Assembly: GCA_963744145.1 (NCBI GenBank)
Contig: CAVUSO010000001.1
Span: 6,976,001 to 7,040,000, forward strand
Direction of reading: 5' to 3'
Length of the DNA stretch: 64,000 nt
Origin: an uncultured cyanobacterium
Lineage (GTDB): Bacteria > Cyanobacteriota > Cyanobacteriia > Cyanobacteriales > CAWUOF01
This document shows positions 61,587-64,000 of the stretch, piece by piece (the stretch's first letter is position 1; each line of letters starts with the position of its first letter). The notes beneath the pieces were generated by a model that was not told where the DNA came from, searched no databases, and worked only from the letters and a program-made list of their open reading frames with translations. A program made the translations under genes and the position numbers.

Positions 61587-64000
61587 CTATAACCAGTTTC
61601 CAATTAAAACATACGCAGCCCAATAAAGAGGTTTATTATAATTATTATCTTTTAATAAATCTTGTTGGGCTAGTTGGAGAGCATTGGCTTTGTTTGATAT
61701 TTTAGGGTCACTTAAATGTTTATAAAATTTGTCTACTAATATGGCACTAGAATCATCTTTTACTGTCCATAAAGTGGCGATCGTACTACGGGCACCAGCT
61801 CTTACAGCTACTCCCGCTAAACCTAATGCTGCTCGTTTATCTCCTGCGGCTGTCTGGCAAGCACTTAAAAACATTAATTCAATCGGATTCCGATTAATTT
61901 GGGTTCTAGTTTGCAGTAAATCGTACAATTCGTTAACCTTAATTTTATTTTGCCAAGCAGCAATATATGTATTATCAGCTTGAGAACTGAATTGACCATG
62001 AGTAGCCAAATGAACTATAGAAATAGGACGCGCTTTAATTTGTTTTGCAAATTCATTTTGACTGAATTGTTCGTCTAACAAAGGCTGAGTTCTAGGAAAA
62101 CGGGATTTAATTTTATTCAATTCTGTGGCAACATAGGGCAAAGCTGGTAAATTTTCATTTACTTTTGATACTCCCGCTGCTAATATGTCAAACTGCTTTT
62201 CGATTTTTTCTGATTTAAGTAGTTTTAACCCCGGAGTTTGAGCTACTGGATACTTTTCTATCAAATATTTTTTTCCGTCATAAAGAGCAGACATAGGAAT
62301 ATTTTGTAATAAACCATCTAGTACAAAAACCAAAGTTTCTGGTTTTTTATTATTCAATTCTTGTTCTATATTCTTTAATAAATATTTATATAAATCGTTT
62401 AAAAGCTGCCTATCTTGGTTGGCAAATCTGGGTTTATCTATTTTGAATTGAATATTTATAATAGTCTTTTCTAAGTCTTTTTTAGATATTTGATATAAAT
62501 AATGTTTCAGTTTTTCATCATTAGGAAATTTGACAATAGTATCTAAGCTGTTATCCAAAATAATAGTATATATAACAGCAGCTTTAGGATCGATATCCTC
62601 GATTTTGGCAGATTTTTCTTCTTGAAGGCTACAGCGAAGATGATTTTCTAATTCAGCTACTTTTAAATCTTCAATCGTATTAATAGCTGTTGCTAGATCG
62701 TCTGATTTTAATAATAATTTAATTAATTCTCGATAAACTGGCTCTACTCTATCTCTAAAATAAAACTGAAGATCTGAACTTACTTCTTTTTTATCTAAAT
62801 ACAAATTAATACCAACTAAACCTAACCGAAAATCTTTGAGAGTTTTAACAGCTTGAGTATATGCCTTAATTGCTTTATCATCCTGTTTTTGACCAATTTC
62901 TATTCTACCTAACTGCCATGCCCACTGATAAATAATATCAGATGCTTTAATACCTTGAGCTAAATTTAAGGATTGTTCTGTTAATTCTCTAGCTTTTTGC
63001 CAATTTTCTGTCTGTTCGTACAGCCATCCTAAATTACCTAAAGCATAGCTTTCTGCTCTTGGATCTTGTATCTCTACTGCGTGTTTGTGGGCTTTTTGTA
63101 ATAATTTTTCTATTTCTAAAAATGAAATACTATCGGCTGTAATTTTTTGTTTATCAGATTTTTGCTGCAAAATAACTAAGCTACAAGCCAAATTTATTCT
63201 GGCATAAATTTCTCGGCGATTAATAGTTAAATTATCAATTTCTTGACTAATTTCGGTTATTAATTTATTTGCCATAAAAAAGGAATTATCCCATTTATCT
63301 TTCCAAGCTTCATTTTCTAAAATCGTTAACAAAACATTTAGATGATTGAGGTTTGCTGCTACCTTAGTATCTAAATTAACTTCTGTAATATTAACCTTTT
63401 CGTACCATTGTTCTGCTTCTTGATAAAAGTTAAAAGCGAAATTGGTATCTTCTTTTAGCTCATTTTTACATTCTGAAATAGTTCTTAACGATAAGAGTTG
63501 ATTACTATTAGGTACTTGTAAATCTTCAGCTTTTTTGCCAAAAGCCCGCTGTACATTACCTAAACTTAGCCAAATATCAGCGATCAGTTGAGGAGATGCT
63601 ATTTTAGCGGTTTCTAAACTTTTTTGTAAAGTACACCAAGAATTTTCTAAATCTCCAACTACTTGCAAGGTATTTCCTAAGTTTAAAAGTGCTATAGCTT
63701 TAAATCTATCGTCTTTTTGAGTTTCATCAATTGTTTTTTGAACTTTAGTTAAAACTAGCAGAGCACGACGGTAACGTCCAGAAGCTTGTAAAATTTGAGC
63801 TTGGTTAATTTGACTACCGATCGCACCTTCATCATCTTTTAATTGAGTATAAATCTTTTCAGCGTTTTCTAAGCTTTTTAAAGCATCTTCTAGTTTTCCT
63901 AATGCTAATTGTAAATGTCCTTGAGTAGTTAGCGATCGCGCTCTAACTTGCCATACTTGTGATGTATCTGGCAAAGATTCTAACAATTTCTGGCTTTCAT
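61587..64000 (-). CDS. TPR-CHAT domain protein (5' end outside window)
   Basis: TPR-like helices, YQWAWQLGR, HLATHG, LSACQTA, YWAAYVLIGNWL; frame open to window end. Confidence 0.9.
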   Translation of the reverse strand, partial: ESQKLLESLPDTSQVWQVRARSLTTQGHLQLALGKLEDALKSLENAEKIYTQLKDDEGAIGSQINQAQILQASGRYRRALLVLTKVQKTIDETQKDDRFKAIALLNLGNTLQVVGDLENSWCTLQKSLETAKIASPQLIADIWLSLGNVQRAFGKKAEDLQVPNSNQLLSLRTISECKNELKEDTNFAFNFYQEAEQWYEKVNITEVNLDTKVAANLNHLNVLLTILENEAWKDKWDNSFFMANKLITEISQEIDNLTINRREIYARINLACSLVILQQKSDKQKITADSISFLEIEKLLQKAHKHAVEIQDPRAESYALGNLGWLYEQTENWQKARELTEQSLNLAQGIKASDIIYQWAWQLGRIEIGQKQDDKAIKAYTQAVKTLKDFRLGLVGINLYLDKKEVSSDLQFYFRDRVEPVYRELIKLLLKSDDLATAINTIEDLKVAELENHLRCSLQEEKSAKIEDIDPKAAVIYTIILDNSLDTIVKFPNDEKLKHYLYQISKKDLEKTIINIQFKIDKPRFANQDRQLLNDLYKYLLKNIEQELNNKKPETLVFVLDGLLQNIPMSALYDGKKYLIEKYPVAQTPGLKLLKSEKIEKQFDILAAGVSKVNENLPALPYVATELNKIKSRFPRTQPLLDEQFSQNEFAKQIKARPISIVHLATHGQFSSQADNTYIAAWQNKIKVNELYDLLQTRTQINRNPIELMFLSACQTAAGDKRAALGLAGVAVRAGARSTIATLWTVKDDSSAILVDKFYKHLSDPKISNKANALQLAQQDLLKDNNYNKPLYWAAYVLIGNWL

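Overview
AT-rich cyanobacterial DNA, judged from abundant HIP1 octamers (GCGATCGC) and from GUN4, DUF928, CHASE2 and PEP-CTERM genes. Three zones. (1) 1-26.4 kb: a head-to-tail array of five large paralogues plus a deleted sixth, each built as signal peptide + TPS (filamentous-haemagglutinin) domain + seven FG-GAP-like blades + beta-helix + Pro/Thr linker + CHAT protease; two copies carry a single frameshift. (2) 26.5-53.9 kb: an accessory island with a three-gene module containing two BrxD/DUF2791-like ATPases, five decayed IS elements, an intact IscB with its omega/HEARO RNA, small cargo genes repeatedly flanked by diverged duplicates of neighbouring 3' ends, and a tyrosine recombinase beside an ~86-bp HIP1-containing repeat array. 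An 806-bp cassette encoding a homologue of eukaryotic TCTP is inserted exactly at a HIP1 site of that array. (3) 53.9-64 kb: a stub of another CHAT-array gene, a Uma2 pseudogene and a sigma-70-like/DUF1822/CHAT-CHASE2/DUF928 operon converging on a TPR-CHAT gene. No rRNA, tRNA or CRISPR array was recognised. All family calls are by eye from motifs, not database searches.
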